A DNA stretch of 64,000 bases, taken from assembly GCA_018402585.1 (NCBI GenBank), contig JAGYIO010000002.1, positions 224,406 to 288,405 of the forward strand, in the 5' to 3' direction. The notes below the pieces were generated by a model. It saw only the letters and a list, made by a program, of their open reading frames with translations, was not told the origin of the DNA and made no database searches. Each line of letters starts with the position of its first letter. The first letter of the stretch is position 1. The position numbers and the translations under genes are program-made. The stretch comes from Chthoniobacterales bacterium (GTDB lineage: Bacteria; Verrucomicrobiota; Verrucomicrobiia; Chthoniobacterales; JACTMZ01). Shown piece by piece: positions 49,121 through 59,680 of this stretch.

Positions 49121-50086
49121 TTATTGGGTGAGAAGTTGACGGAGACGCGCGGCAATGGCGCTGGCAGTCGGCCGGTGTGCGGCCCAGAGATCGGGATGGT
49201 AGGGCACGGGGGTATCCCTTGCGTTGAGACGCATGGGTGCGGCATCAAGGAGACCGAAACCCTCGGTGGCCACACGGGAGATGACCTCGGCGTTCACCCC
49301 GCCCCAGGGCCAGGCTTCGCCGACGACGAGGAGGCGTCCGGTGCGCGCCACGGAGGCGAGAATGGTGTCGGTGTCGAGCGGTTTGACCGTGCGGAGGTCG
49401 ATCACTTCAATCTGCCAACCGTCTTCCACGAGGTCCTCGGCAGCTTGCAGGGATTCGTGGAGCATGGCGCTGTAGGTCACCACCGTGGCGTCGCGTCCGG
49501 CCCGCGCGATGCGCGCTTTGCCCACGGGTTGCGCGGAGTCGGGAAGTTTGTCCGCCTTGAGGTGGTAGTAGAGCAGCTTGTGCTCGCAGAAGATGACGGG
49601 ATCGTCGATCGCCACGGCCTCGAGCATCATGCTGTAAGCGTCCTCCACGGTCGCGGGGGTCATGACGACGAGCCCGGGATAGTGCGCGTAGACGGCCTCC
49701 ATGCTTTGGCTGTGGAACGGACCGGCGCCGAGCGTTCCGCCGCTGGGGAGACGCACCACGATGGGGCAGGGGACCTCGGTGCGGTAGTAGAGGGTGGCGG
49801 CCTGGTTGACGATCTGGTTGAAGCCGACGGTGGAAAAATCGGCGAACTGCATTTCGACGATGGGGCGGGCGCCTTCAATCGCCGCGCCCACCGCAAGCCC
49901 GACGATGGCGTCCTCGCTGAGCGGTGCGTCCATAACGCGTCCGGGAAATTCGGCGGCCAGGTTTTTCGTCGCCTTGAAGGCCCCGCCAAATGCCCCGACG
50001 TCCTGCCCGTAGATGAAGACGCGCGGGTCATCGGTCAGCGCTTTCTCCTGCGCGGCGCGGATGGCTTCGAGGTAGGTGACGCTCAC
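49121..50086 (-). CDS. 2-oxoacid dehydrogenase E1 beta subunit
   Basis: 321 aa with a transketolase-like pyrimidine-binding and C-terminal domain pattern (VFIYGQDVG..GGAFKAT, MDAPLSE, EMQFADF). Confidence 0.9.
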   Translation of the reverse strand: MSVTYLEAIRAAQEKALTDDPRVFIYGQDVGAFGGAFKATKNLAAEFPGRVMDAPLSEDAIVGLAVGAAIEGARPIVEMQFADFSTVGFNQIVNQAATLYYRTEVPCPIVVRLPSGGTLGAGPFHSQSMEAVYAHYPGLVVMTPATVEDAYSMMLEAVAIDDPVIFCEHKLLYYHLKADKLPDSAQPVGKARIARAGRDATVVTYSAMLHESLQAAEDLVEDGWQIEVIDLRTVKPLDTDTILASVARTGRLLVVGEAWPWGGVNAEVISRVATEGFGLLDAAPMRLNARDTPVPYHPDLWAAHRPTASAIAARLRQLLTQ

Positions 50087-51123
50087 TCGTCCTCCAAGTC
50101 GTGATGACCGTCGACCAAGCGCTCGGTTGAAATGGCTCTCCAGTCCTCCTCGGCCGGGTCCGGGCCCTTTTCCCGCTGGGCGATATTCAAGGCAGCCTCG
50201 ACTTGGGCTTGGGCCTCCTTGGTCCAGACGGCGATCTCTTCCCCGCTGGCGAGGTCCGAACCGATGAGTTGCGTCGCGCCGACTTCGAGGCAGTCGCGCC
50301 CGACATTGGCTTGGCGCAGCGCCGCATCCACGTAGCCGGCATCATCGTGTTCACCGTGGCCGACGAGTCGCAAGAGCGTAGCGACGACCATTTGCGGTCC
50401 GTTTCCTTCACGTGCGGCCTGCACGGCGAGTTGGAGGGTCTCCAGGCATGCGACGGGGTTGGTGCCGTCGCATTTGAAGCCGGCGATGCCGTAACCGGCC
50501 GCTTTGTCGAGCAGGTCGGCGCAGGCGAACTGTCGGCTGTTTGGCGTGGAGTAGGCGTATTGGTTATTGGCGATGACCACGACCAGCGGAAGGTGTTCGA
50601 CCGCGGCCAAGTTGATGCCTTCGTGGAAAGCTCCGGTCGAAGTGCCACCGTCGCCGATCGAGGTCACTCCGACCACGCCGGTTTCCCCGCGCAGGCGGCG
50701 GGCGTAGAGCCCGCCGGCAACCACGGGCACGAGGGCGCCAAGGTGGCTGATCATGGCGTAGTAGCCTTCGCGGGGGCGTCCACGGTGGATGTTGCCATCG
50801 CGCCCGCGCATGGGACCCTTGACCGATCCGAGATAAGTGCGGAAGGTGTCGAGTACGGTGTCCCCGAAGGCGAGACGCCCGGCCTGGTCGCGGATGAGCG
50901 GACCGAAAATGTCGCCCTTCTGCAGAAAGATGGAAGAGGCGGTGCTGAGGGCTTCTTGTCCTTTGCCCAGAAAGACGCCGCCTTTGATCATGCCGGCACG
51001 GTAAAGGCTGGCCAGTTTGTCCTCGGTCGCGCGAGCCAGAAGCATGACGCGGTAGGCGCGCACGAGGAGCGCCGAATCGAGGTCAGTGCGCACGACCATC
51101 TTTTCCTTGACTGCCATGACCAT
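50083..51123 (-). CDS. 2-oxoacid dehydrogenase E1 alpha subunit (TPP-dependent)
   Basis: 346 aa. The TPP-binding motif reads SIGDGGTSTGAFHEGINLAAVEHLPLVVVIANNQYA. The stop overlaps the E1 beta start. The substrate (BCKA, pyruvate or acetoin) cannot be assigned. Confidence 0.9.
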   Translation of the reverse strand: MVMAVKEKMVVRTDLDSALLVRAYRVMLLARATEDKLASLYRAGMIKGGVFLGKGQEALSTASSIFLQKGDIFGPLIRDQAGRLAFGDTVLDTFRTYLGSVKGPMRGRDGNIHRGRPREGYYAMISHLGALVPVVAGGLYARRLRGETGVVGVTSIGDGGTSTGAFHEGINLAAVEHLPLVVVIANNQYAYSTPNSRQFACADLLDKAAGYGIAGFKCDGTNPVACLETLQLAVQAAREGNGPQMVVATLLRLVGHGEHDDAGYVDAALRQANVGRDCLEVGATQLIGSDLASGEEIAVWTKEAQAQVEAALNIAQREKGPDPAEEDWRAISTERLVDGHHDLEDE

Positions 51124-51231
51124 CTAAAGGGCAGATTATCGCGGCGGGTGCCTCGGCTGCAAAGGGAAAACAGAGGGCCGGGCTCTTCCTTTTGGCTCGC
51201 GGTGGGGTTTTTAACGGAGAAAATTCGCAGG

Positions 51232-53304
51232 ATGCCCCGGTTGCGAACCCTGATTGTCGGAATTCCGCTCTTGCTCGCGGCAATCACCGCGTGGGCGCTC
51301 TGGACGGTTTCCCGGGTCACGGTGGAGAAAAAAAACGAGATGTATATCGGCAGCATCGGGGAGCCGAGCACACTCAATCCGGTCCAAGCGGCCGATGCGG
51401 CATCCGGCGCAGTGACCGGGGTAATTTTCAACGGTCTGCTCAAATACGATGCTGGTCTGGAAATTGTCGGCGATCTCGCGGCCGCCTGGGAGTTGAGTCA
51501 ACGCAGCACGTTTTTCTTCGACTCGGCCGAAGCAGCCATCCTCGCGGCAGCCAACCTCGAGGCCGGATTGGTCGATCGGGAGGCGCTGCATCTCCGGCGC
51601 TACGCCGTGGAAGGGGAACGTTTGGAGCTCGAATTGTCCTTGCCGGGGGTGAGCGATTCACGGGCTTTGGCCGCCAAATTCGGGGTCACACCCCTGCCCG
51701 TGCGCACCCTTTCGGTCATGGCGCCGAAACCGCTGGAAGATGCGCTCACCCGCTTCGCCGCGGAAAAGATGTCCGCGCGTGTCGTGCGGGTCTGGAGCAG
51801 CGGCAATTTGGGCGAACTTGTTTTTCTCGGTGACCAAGAGGAGACGCGCGAGCGTTTGCGGGTCTGGCTGGCCGAGCGACTCGGGGACGAGGGGCTGGTC
51901 ATCGAGCCGGTGTTAGCGCCGGAATTTTTGGCCGAGCCGGTGATTGAGTTCCTATTGCATGCGAACGTCCGCTGGCACGACGGTGCGCCGTTCACCTCGC
52001 GGGACGTGAAGTTCACCTACGGAGCGATGATGGACGACCGGGTGGCCTCGCCGCGCAAGCCGGATTACGAATTGGTACTCTCGGTGGAAACCCCTGATGC
52101 GCGCACGGTGCGGGTTGTTTACCGCCGGCCTTTTTCGCCGGCCCTGGAGAGCTGGATGATGAGCATTTTGCCGGCTCACTTGCTGGCCGACCTGCCTCCG
52201 GACCAGTGGCCGCTGGTCTTCAACCGTGCCCCGGTCGGAACGGGTCCCTTCAAGTTTGCCGAGTGGAAGACGAACCAATTTGTGCGCGTGGCTCGCAACG
52301 AGGACTACTTCAAAGGTCTCCCCCATCTGGACGGCATTGTCTTCCGCACCTTGCCCGACCCGCTGACCCTGCGCCTCGCTTTCGAGACACAGCAGGTTGA
52401 TTTTTGGTCGGCGGACCCCTGGGCGGTGGGGAGTTTTCGCGAGGACGAGCGATTCACGCTCTTCACCTCGCCGAGCAATTCCTACAACTACGTCGGGTGG
52501 AATTTGCGGCGCCCCATCTTTCAGGATTTGCGCGTCCGCCAGGCCTTGGCCCACGCGGTCAATATCGACCAGATGATCCGCTACATCCTCTACGGATACG
52601 GCACGCAGAGCACGGGGATCTTCACGCCGGAAATGTGGTTTTTCAACCCGCGGGTCCAGCCGCTCGCTTACGATCCGGAGGAAGCAAGACGGTTGCTCGA
52701 TGAAGCGGGTTGGGTTCCGGGGAAAGACGGGATCCGGGTGAAAGACGGAGAACGCTTCGCTTTCACCCTGATCACGAACAACGGGAATGTGATCCGCAGC
52801 GACATTGCCACCCTCGTGCAGGAAAACCTCCGGGCGATCGGAATCGAGGTCACGGTCGAGATGTATGAGTGGGCGGTCTTTCTCAAGCGCTTCGTCAACC
52901 AGGGGGAATTCGACGCCGTGGTGCTTGGCTGGGCCTTGGGGCAGGGCTTCGACCAGTTCCAGATCTGGCACTCGTCCCAAACCGAGCCCGAGCGGCTCAA
53001 CATGGTCGGCTACCAGAGCAAAGCAGCCGATCGCCTGCTCGAATCGGTGCGGGAGGAATTCGACCGCGCCGAGATCATCCGCCAGTGCGGCGAATTGCAG
53101 CAGTTGATCTACGCCGACCAACCGTATCTGTTTCTTTTTGTGCCCGAGGGAACATCTGTCATGTGGAAGGATGCCTTCCGGGTGAAGCGGCCGGGGCCGG
53201 ACGGCACCTGGATCGACGAACCGGTCACGACGACCAAAGCGGGGTGGAGTCACTATTTGGAGTGGTTTTACCGTCCGGAATACGCCAGGGAGGCCAGCGA
53301 GTAA
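51232..53304 (+). CDS. ABC transporter substrate-binding protein, family 5 (Opp/Dpp/Nik-like) with ~147-aa insertion
   Basis: Start at ATG 51232 with an N-terminal anchor LIVGIPLLLAAITAWAL. SBP_bac_5 blocks are EPSTLNP, GLLKYD and VRWHDGAPFTSRDVKFTY. The upstream ~1 kb of the 1033-aa ORF is antisense to E1 alpha and is rejected. Confidence 0.85.
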   Translation: MPRLRTLIVGIPLLLAAITAWALWTVSRVTVEKKNEMYIGSIGEPSTLNPVQAADAASGAVTGVIFNGLLKYDAGLEIVGDLAAAWELSQRSTFFFDSAEAAILAAANLEAGLVDREALHLRRYAVEGERLELELSLPGVSDSRALAAKFGVTPLPVRTLSVMAPKPLEDALTRFAAEKMSARVVRVWSSGNLGELVFLGDQEETRERLRVWLAERLGDEGLVIEPVLAPEFLAEPVIEFLLHANVRWHDGAPFTSRDVKFTYGAMMDDRVASPRKPDYELVLSVETPDARTVRVVYRRPFSPALESWMMSILPAHLLADLPPDQWPLVFNRAPVGTGPFKFAEWKTNQFVRVARNEDYFKGLPHLDGIVFRTLPDPLTLRLAFETQQVDFWSADPWAVGSFREDERFTLFTSPSNSYNYVGWNLRRPIFQDLRVRQALAHAVNIDQMIRYILYGYGTQSTGIFTPEMWFFNPRVQPLAYDPEEARRLLDEAGWVPGKDGIRVKDGERFAFTLITNNGNVIRSDIATLVQENLRAIGIEVTVEMYEWAVFLKRFVNQGEFDAVVLGWALGQGFDQFQIWHSSQTEPERLNMVGYQSKAADRLLESVREEFDRAEIIRQCGELQQLIYADQPYLFLFVPEGTSVMWKDAFRVKRPGPDGTWIDEPVTTTKAGWSHYLEWFYRPEYAREASE

Positions 53305-53307
53305 GCC

Positions 53308-54270
53308 ATGACCGTCTTCATCATCCGCCGGCTCCTTGCCTCGGTCGTGCTCTTGTTTTTCATCAGCCTGATTTCGTTTTTTATCATCACCCTGACCCCG
53401 GGGAGTCCCTATCCCTGGGGCGAGTTGAACCCCAAAGTCTCGGAGGATGTGAAGCGGATCTTCCGCGAGAAATTCCACCTCGATAAGCCCCTGCACGAGC
53501 AATACGGGTTCATCATGCGCGACCTCTTCAGCGGTGAGTTGCGCAGCATCAAGGACGAACGGCCGGTGCTGGCCAAGATTGCCGAGCGCCTCCCCGCCAC
53601 CCTGGCGCTCAACCTCGGGGCGCTGGCGTTATCCTTGAGCTTCGGTCTTTTGCTCGGCGTCTACGGGGCGCGGCATGCGGGGCGGCCTCCGGATGTGATC
53701 ACCAGCGTCCTGGCCTTTGTCTTCATCGCGCTGCCGGGGTTCTGGGTTTCCTATCTGCTGGCCATCGGCTTGGTCAACTACGGGGCGGTGCCGATCCTTG
53801 GGACGCATACCATCGGTGTCACTTTCGCCAATGGCCTGGAAGTCTTTCTTGACCGCTGGTGGCACGTCATGCTGCCCGCCTCGATCCTCGCCATCGGCGG
53901 CGTGGCCGTGCAGTCGCGCTTTATCCGGGCGAGTATGATCGAAACTCTGCGCGAGGATTACATCCGCACGGCACGGGCCAAGGGACTCGACGAGAACGCG
54001 GTGTTTTACCGGCATGCCTTGCGCAACTCGGTACGCCCGCTCATCACCGGCATCGGAATGCTCCTGCCCGCGCTGATCGGCGGGGCGGTCATCATCGAAA
54101 ATATTTTTGCCTACCCCGGGATGGGGCGCTTGGGCTACGAGGCGGTGCTGGAACGCGATTACCCGACGCTTGTCGCGCTGAACTTTGTCACTGCGGCACT
54201 CGTCCTGCTCGGCAACCTGCTGGCCGACGTGCTTTACGCGGTGGTCGATCCGAGGGTGCGCTTGGAATGA
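53308..54270 (+). CDS. ABC transporter permease (OppB/DppB-like)
   Basis: 320 aa. It starts MTVFIIRRLL and has the EAA-type loop YIRTARAKGL. Confidence 0.9.
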   Translation: MTVFIIRRLLASVVLLFFISLISFFIITLTPGSPYPWGELNPKVSEDVKRIFREKFHLDKPLHEQYGFIMRDLFSGELRSIKDERPVLAKIAERLPATLALNLGALALSLSFGLLLGVYGARHAGRPPDVITSVLAFVFIALPGFWVSYLLAIGLVNYGAVPILGTHTIGVTFANGLEVFLDRWWHVMLPASILAIGGVAVQSRFIRASMIETLREDYIRTARAKGLDENAVFYRHALRNSVRPLITGIGMLLPALIGGAVIIENIFAYPGMGRLGYEAVLERDYPTLVALNFVTAALVLLGNLLADVLYAVVDPRVRLE

Positions 54271-55166
54271 TCACGACGACACCAGAACCTCTCGAGGCCG
54301 CCGCGGCCAGTCCGATGGAGCGGTCCCTTCGCCGCTTTCGCGCGAACAAAATCGGACTCTGCGCCCTCGGCATGGTCGGCCTGCTCGCCGTGGTTGCCGT
54401 GGCCTTCTTCGTGCTTGATGTCCTCGGCATCCCGTGGCCGATGGACCCCGATGCGACCAACCTCGAGCGGAAACTGCTCCCGCCCGACTCGGTCAATTGG
54501 CTCGGCACGGACAATCTCGGGCGCGATGTCTTCAGCCGTCTGCTCAACGGGGCTTACATTTCCCTCACGGTCGGGTTTGTCGCGGTGTTCGTTTCGCTTT
54601 TTATCGGGGTGACGGTTGGTGCCGTGGCGGGATATTTCGGCAAGTGGGTGGACAATCTGATCATGCGCTTCGTCGACGCGATCATGTGCTTCCCGACCTT
54701 TTTCCTCATCCTCACAGCTGTGGCGCTGGTCGGTCCGAGCATTTTCAACATCATCATCGTGATCGGTCTGGTCAGCTGGACGGGTACCGCGCGTCTGGTC
54801 CGCGCGGAATTCCTCACCTTGCGCGAGTCAGCCTATGTGCAGGCCGCGCGGGCCCTCGGGCAGCGCGGCCCGAAAATCATTTTCCGTCACATGCTGCCCA
54901 ACGCGGCAGCCCCGATCCTGGTCACGGCCGTGCTCGGGGTACCGGAGGCCATTCTGGCCGAGGCGGGTTTGAGCTTTCTCGGCTTCGGCGTGCAACCGCC
55001 CCAGGCCACGTGGGGCAACATTATCGCCGACGGCAAGACCTACATTCTCGATGCTTGGTGGCTGATTTTGTTCCCCGGGCTTGCCATTCTCATCGCGGCA
55101 CTGTCGTTTTACCTCACGGGGGACGCGCTGCGGCAGGCGGTGGAAACCCGATCGGAAAGACAATGA
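54267..55166 (+). CDS. ABC transporter permease (OppC/DppC-like)
   Basis: ATGA overlap with the upstream gene. WLGTDNLGRDVFSRL and YVQAARALG motifs. Confidence 0.9.
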   Translation: MITTTPEPLEAAAASPMERSLRRFRANKIGLCALGMVGLLAVVAVAFFVLDVLGIPWPMDPDATNLERKLLPPDSVNWLGTDNLGRDVFSRLLNGAYISLTVGFVAVFVSLFIGVTVGAVAGYFGKWVDNLIMRFVDAIMCFPTFFLILTAVALVGPSIFNIIIVIGLVSWTGTARLVRAEFLTLRESAYVQAARALGQRGPKIIFRHMLPNAAAPILVTAVLGVPEAILAEAGLSFLGFGVQPPQATWGNIIADGKTYILDAWWLILFPGLAILIAALSFYLTGDALRQAVETRSERQ

Positions 55167-56005
55167 GCCAACCTATTCTCCAAGTCCGCAACCTCTGCGT
55201 CGACTTCGTGCTTGAAGACCGCACGATTGAGGCGGTGCAGAATGCCACCTTCGAATTGGCCGCCGGTGAGACCTTGGCCATTGTCGGCGAGAGCGGCAGC
55301 GGCAAAAGCGTGACCGCGCTGGCCCTCACCAGGCTGTTGCCGGTGCCGCCGGCGGAGATCAAAAAAGGGGAAATACTTTTCGACGGCGAAAGCGTGATGA
55401 CGATGGACGCGGCCCGCTTGCGCAAGTTGCGCGGCGGAAAGATCGCCTACATTTTCCAGGAGCCGAGCACGTCGCTCAATCCGGTTTACACCGTGCGGAG
55501 CCAAATCGGGGAGGCGATCCGGTTGCATCGCCGCGATGCCACGGACGTCGACACGGAGATTGTGCGCTGGCTCGACGCGGTCGGCATTGTCGATCCGGCG
55601 GCCCGCATGCACGATTATCCGCACCAGTTGAGTGGGGGGATGCAGCAGCGCGTCATGATCGCCATGGCGCTGGCTTGCCAGCCGGATGTGTTGGTCGCGG
55701 ACGAGCCGACCACCGCGCTGGATGTGACCATCCAAGCGCAGATCATGGAGTTGCTCGGATCGCTGAAGGAGCGCTACGGCATGGCCGTGATCCTGATCAC
55801 GCACAACTTCGGGATTGTCTCGGGATTTGCCTCCCGGGTGCTCGTCATGTATCGCGGGCGGATCGTCGAGCAAGGCCCGACGGAAGAAATCCTGCGGCAT
55901 CCCGAGCACGCCTACACCCGTGCCTTGATCGACTGCATCCCGCAGTTGGGCTCGCAGGCAAAGCGCCTGAAAACGATCGACCATGTGGCGATCGAGGCGG
56001 CTTGA
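55163..56005 (+). CDS. ABC transporter ATP-binding protein (OppD/DppD-like), the only ATPase in the cluster
   Basis: ATGA overlap with the upstream gene. [28 protein letters not shown] and ITHN. Confidence 0.9.
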   Translation: MSQPILQVRNLCVDFVLEDRTIEAVQNATFELAAGETLAIVGESGSGKSVTALALTRLLPVPPAEIKKGEILFDGESVMTMDAARLRKLRGGKIAYIFQEPSTSLNPVYTVRSQIGEAIRLHRRDATDVDTEIVRWLDAVGIVDPAARMHDYPHQLSGGMQQRVMIAMALACQPDVLVADEPTTALDVTIQAQIMELLGSLKERYGMAVILITHNFGIVSGFASRVLVMYRGRIVEQGPTEEILRHPEHAYTRALIDCIPQLGSQAKRLKTIDHVAIEAA

Positions 56006-56118
56006 TTGGGGTGGCCTCGGCTTCCAGCCGATGATTCCGGGAGTTCACGGCAGGATGCCCGTGCCACGTATTGACCTCGGTGCTTGCCAATGGAAACGAG
56101 GTGCTTTGAGATGCGCGG

Positions 56119-56865
56119 ATGGAACGATCTTTCGGGCGGGCGGCGGACGTGTTGCGTCCGGTAACTTTCGAACCGGGCATTGCGCCGTATGCGGCGGGGT
56201 CCGTGCTGGTTTCCTTCGGCAAGACCAAGGTGGTCTGCGCGGCGACAATCGACGAGGCGGTGCCCCGCTGGATGCAGGTGCAGAAGGTAGCGGGCGGGTG
56301 GCTTACCGCGGAATATTCCATGCTCCCTTACGCGACCTTGGACCGGAAGCAGCGGGATATTTCGCGCGGCAAACTGGATGGGCGCACCACGGAAATCCAG
56401 CGGCTGATCGGACGGTCGCTGCGGGCCGTGGTCGATCTGGACAAACTCGGGCCGCGCACGCTCTGGGTGGATTGCGATGTCTTGCAGGCCGATGGCGGGA
56501 CGCGCACCGCGGCCATCACCGGGGCCTGTCTGGCGGTGGAATTGGCCTGCCGTAAGCTCATGGCCGCGGGGAAAATCAAAGAGACGGCTCTGAAAGAACG
56601 GATGGCGGCGGTGAGTGTCGGGGTGGTGGGAGGAGAAGTGCTTCTTGATTTGGATTACTTGGAGGACAAGGACGCCGCGGTCGACCTGAACCTGGTCATG
56701 ACGCAGGGCGGGGAATTTGTCGAGGTGCAGGGATCGGGGGAGGAAGCGACTTTTGGGGAGGAGGCGCTTTTTGAAATGCTGCGGGTCGGACGGGCGGGGA
56801 TTGAAAGTTTGCTTGCCCTTCAGGAAGAGATCCTTACTCTGTCCGCCGGTCAGGCGCGGACATGA
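56119..56865 (+). CDS. rph: Ribonuclease PH
   Basis: 248 aa. [49 protein letters not shown] and [10 protein letters not shown]. Confidence 0.9.
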   Translation: MERSFGRAADVLRPVTFEPGIAPYAAGSVLVSFGKTKVVCAATIDEAVPRWMQVQKVAGGWLTAEYSMLPYATLDRKQRDISRGKLDGRTTEIQRLIGRSLRAVVDLDKLGPRTLWVDCDVLQADGGTRTAAITGACLAVELACRKLMAAGKIKETALKERMAAVSVGVVGGEVLLDLDYLEDKDAAVDLNLVMTQGGEFVEVQGSGEEATFGEEALFEMLRVGRAGIESLLALQEEILTLSAGQART

Positions 56866-57869
56866 AAAAAGCACTCATCACAGGAATCACCGGTCAAGAC
56901 GGTTCCTACTTGGCCGACTTGTTGGTCGCCAAGGGCTATGAGGTGCACGGGATTATCCGCCGGGCCAGCACCTTCAACACGGCCCGCATCGATCACCTTT
57001 ACCAGGATCCGCACGTTAATGGGGTGCGGCTTTTCCTCCACTACGGCGACCTCGCGGATTCGGTCAATCTGACCAAGCTCCTCTATCAACTGCAACCCGA
57101 CGAGGTCTACAACCTCGGGGCGCAGAGTCATGTGCGGGTCAGTTTTGATATTCCCGAATACACCGCCGATGTGACCGGAGTGGGGACGATCCGCATTTTG
57201 GAAGCGATCCGGGAGTCCGGCGTGAAGCCCCGTTTCTACCAAGCTTCGAGCAGCGAGATGTATGGCAAGGTGCAGGCGGTGCCGCAGACCGAGACCACGC
57301 CCTTCTGGCCGCGCAGTCCTTACGGCTGTGCCAAGATGTTCGGTCACTGGGCCACGGTGAATTACCGCGAAAGCTACAACCTCTTTGCTTGCAGCGGTAT
57401 CCTCTTCAACCACGAGAGTCCGCGCCGCGGCGAGACCTTCGTGACCCGCAAAATTTCCCGCGCGGTGGCCGCAATCAAGCTGGGACTGCAAAAAGAGCTT
57501 TATCTGGGTAACATGGAGGCCAAGCGCGACTGGGGTTACGCTCCGGAATACGTGGAAGGCATGTGGCGGATGCTGCAGGCGGACCAACCGGACGACTACG
57601 TGCTGGCGACCAACGAAACCCATACGGTCAAAGAATTTGTGCAGGAAGCCTTCGGTCACTTAGGCTTGGAGTGGGAAAAATACATCAAGTATGACGCCCG
57701 CTACGAGCGCCCCGCCGAAGTCGAACTGCTCATCGGGGATCCAGCCAAGGCCAAGCGCCAACTCGGTTGGGAACCCAAGGTCCGCTTCAAGGAGTTGGTC
57801 CAGATCATGGTGGACGCCGATCTGGAAATGCTTGAAGGCAAAGGCCTCATCCACCAGCATCAGGCTTAA
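56862..57869 (+). CDS. gmd: GDP-mannose 4,6-dehydratase
   Basis: 335 aa. [32 protein letters not shown] and [19 protein letters not shown]. Confidence 0.95.
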   Translation: MKKALITGITGQDGSYLADLLVAKGYEVHGIIRRASTFNTARIDHLYQDPHVNGVRLFLHYGDLADSVNLTKLLYQLQPDEVYNLGAQSHVRVSFDIPEYTADVTGVGTIRILEAIRESGVKPRFYQASSSEMYGKVQAVPQTETTPFWPRSPYGCAKMFGHWATVNYRESYNLFACSGILFNHESPRRGETFVTRKISRAVAAIKLGLQKELYLGNMEAKRDWGYAPEYVEGMWRMLQADQPDDYVLATNETHTVKEFVQEAFGHLGLEWEKYIKYDARYERPAEVELLIGDPAKAKRQLGWEPKVRFKELVQIMVDADLEMLEGKGLIHQHQA

Positions 57870-57892
57870 CCAAGAAACGAAACCAGAATTTT

Positions 57893-58156
57893 ATGTCCAG
57901 AGTTTGCACCGTCACCGGAGCCAAGCCCAAGCGCGGATCGATCATCCACCGCCGCGGCATGGCCAAGAAGAAGGGCGGTGTTGGCCGTCACGTCACCGCG
58001 AATACGCCGCGCTACTTTACCCCGAATCTCCAGGAGAAACGCATCTGGGTTCCCGAGCTGAAACGGTTCGTGAAGGTCAAATTGACCGCCCGGGCCCTCA
58101 AGACGATCAACAAAAACGGGGCTTACACCACTCTCAAGAAGGCCGGAATCATTTGA
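57893..58156 (+). CDS. rpmB: 50S ribosomal protein L28
   Basis: 87 aa. MSRVCTVTGAKPKRG...HVTANTPRYFTPNLQ is the L28 signature region. Confidence 0.95.
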   Translation: MSRVCTVTGAKPKRGSIIHRRGMAKKKGGVGRHVTANTPRYFTPNLQEKRIWVPELKRFVKVKLTARALKTINKNGAYTTLKKAGII

Positions 58157-58198
58157 CCTTCTTCGTTCCCACCAACCAAAGAAAGGAAACACACCACC

Positions 58199-58402
58199 AT
58201 GACATTCAGCACAGTCAGCAAAAAGAGCGGTAAAACTTACTTCCTCCACGCGCGTCTCCAAAAGTTGCGCGGCGGTCAGGAAGTAACCCTCTATTATTTC
58301 GCGGGCGAGGCTAAAGAAGGCGCGATTGATGCCCTTCCAGCCGGCTATGAAGTTTCGGAAAACGAGCGCACCGGCCTGCCGCTCTTGAAGAAAATCCGCT
58401 AA
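58199..58402 (+). CDS. Small conserved-looking hypothetical protein
   Basis: 67 aa with a Lys/Glu/Tyr-containing composition atypical of shadow ORFs. It is preceded by AAAGGAAAC and followed by a strong terminator. Confidence 0.5.
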   Translation: MTFSTVSKKSGKTYFLHARLQKLRGGQEVTLYYFAGEAKEGAIDALPAGYEVSENERTGLPLLKKIR

Positions 58403-58424
58403 GTCAGAGACCTCTCTCCAGCAA

Positions 58425-58462
58425 GGCGGCCCGGCAGCAGACGCGGGGCCGCCTTTTTCTTT
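58425..58462 (+). terminator. Rho-independent terminator after rpmB and the small ORF
   Basis: The stem ggcggccc (58425-32) / gggccgcc (58446-53) has a 13-nt loop. It is followed by tttttcttt. Confidence 0.6.
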
Positions 58463-58485
58463 GCCCAGTCCCGGGCCCGCCTCCC

Positions 58486-59676
58486 ATGCCAACCCATCCC
58501 TTGATCATTGGAGGAGGTTTGGTCGGCCTGGCCACGGCCTGGCAATTATTGCGGTCCGGGCGTGTCCAGGCCCTCACTCTGCTCGAGAAGGAATCCACGG
58601 TCGGGGCACACCAGAGCACCCACAACAGCGGGGTGCTCCACGCCGGGCTTTATTACCGCCCTGGCTCGCTCAAGGCGCGTCTCGCGGTCGAAGGGATCCG
58701 TGCCATGACCGCCTACTGCCGCGAAAAAAACATTCCGCACGAAATCTGCGGCAAAGTGGTCGTAGCCGTCGACGCGAGCGAAGTCCCGCGCCTGGACGAA
58801 CTCGAAGCCCGTGGAAAGGCCAACGGCCTCACCGGGTTGCGCCGCCTCGATCGGGCCGGTTTGCTTGAGATCGAACCCCATGCGGCCGGCCAGGCCGCCT
58901 TGCACGTGCCGGAGGAAGGCATTGTCGACTACGCCGCCGTTTGTCAGGCCTTGCAGGCCGACCTTCTTGCCATGGGCGGCCGCGTGGTGACCGGAGCAAC
59001 TGTCACGGGCCTGAGTGAGACCCCGGATGGCTGGAGAGCCCAAACCGGAATCGGTGATTTCGCCGGCGACTTCCTCATCAATTGCGCCGGCCTGCAGAGC
59101 GACCGCGTCTGCCGCCTTGCCGGGCTTGATCCGACCGACCGCATCGTGCCCTTCCGCGGAGAATATTACCAACTCCGCCCCGAAGCGGCGCACCTCGTGC
59201 ACCATCTCATTTATCCGGTGCCCGATCCCAAGTTTCCTTTTCTCGGTCTGCACTTCACGCGCCTAATCTCCGGCGGCATCGAGGCCGGCCCCAATGCCGT
59301 CCTCGCCTTCGCCCGCGAGGCCTACCGCAAAACGCAGTGGAACGCGCGTGACTTGGGTGAAGCACTCAGTTTTCCCGGACTGTGGAAATTCTTCGCCCGT
59401 CATCCGCGCATGGCCAGGGACGAAAGCCTGCGCTCGCTGAGCAAGAAACTGTTTTGCCAGTCGCTCCAGCGTCTGGTGCCCGATCTGCGCGAGATCGACC
59501 TTTTGCCCGGCGGCGCCGGTGTGCGCGCCCAGGCGATTTCCCCCGCCGGGGAACTGGTCCAAGATTTCCGCCTTGTTTCCGGCCGGCGCGCCCTCCACGT
59601 GGTCAACGCCCCCAGCCCGGCCGCCACGGCCAGTTTGGCCATCGGCCGCGAGGTGATGGAACGTATTGCGGCGTGA
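58486..59676 (+). CDS. lhgO: L-2-hydroxyglutarate oxidase-like FAD-dependent oxidoreductase
   Basis: 396 aa. FAD motif IIGGGLVGLATA and HQSTHNSGVLHAGLYY, typical of LhgO/YgaF. Confidence 0.8.
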   Translation: MPTHPLIIGGGLVGLATAWQLLRSGRVQALTLLEKESTVGAHQSTHNSGVLHAGLYYRPGSLKARLAVEGIRAMTAYCREKNIPHEICGKVVVAVDASEVPRLDELEARGKANGLTGLRRLDRAGLLEIEPHAAGQAALHVPEEGIVDYAAVCQALQADLLAMGGRVVTGATVTGLSETPDGWRAQTGIGDFAGDFLINCAGLQSDRVCRLAGLDPTDRIVPFRGEYYQLRPEAAHLVHHLIYPVPDPKFPFLGLHFTRLISGGIEAGPNAVLAFAREAYRKTQWNARDLGEALSFPGLWKFFARHPRMARDESLRSLSKKLFCQSLQRLVPDLREIDLLPGGAGVRAQAISPAGELVQDFRLVSGRRALHVVNAPSPAATASLAIGREVMERIAA

Positions 59677-59680
59677 CGGA

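Noticed and set aside
50203-51231. Upstream 343 codons of the 1033-aa ORF that contains the ABC substrate-binding protein
   Set aside because: This part is antisense to the E1 alpha gene and has no protein-like features. The SBP begins at ATG 51232 with a membrane anchor or signal sequence.
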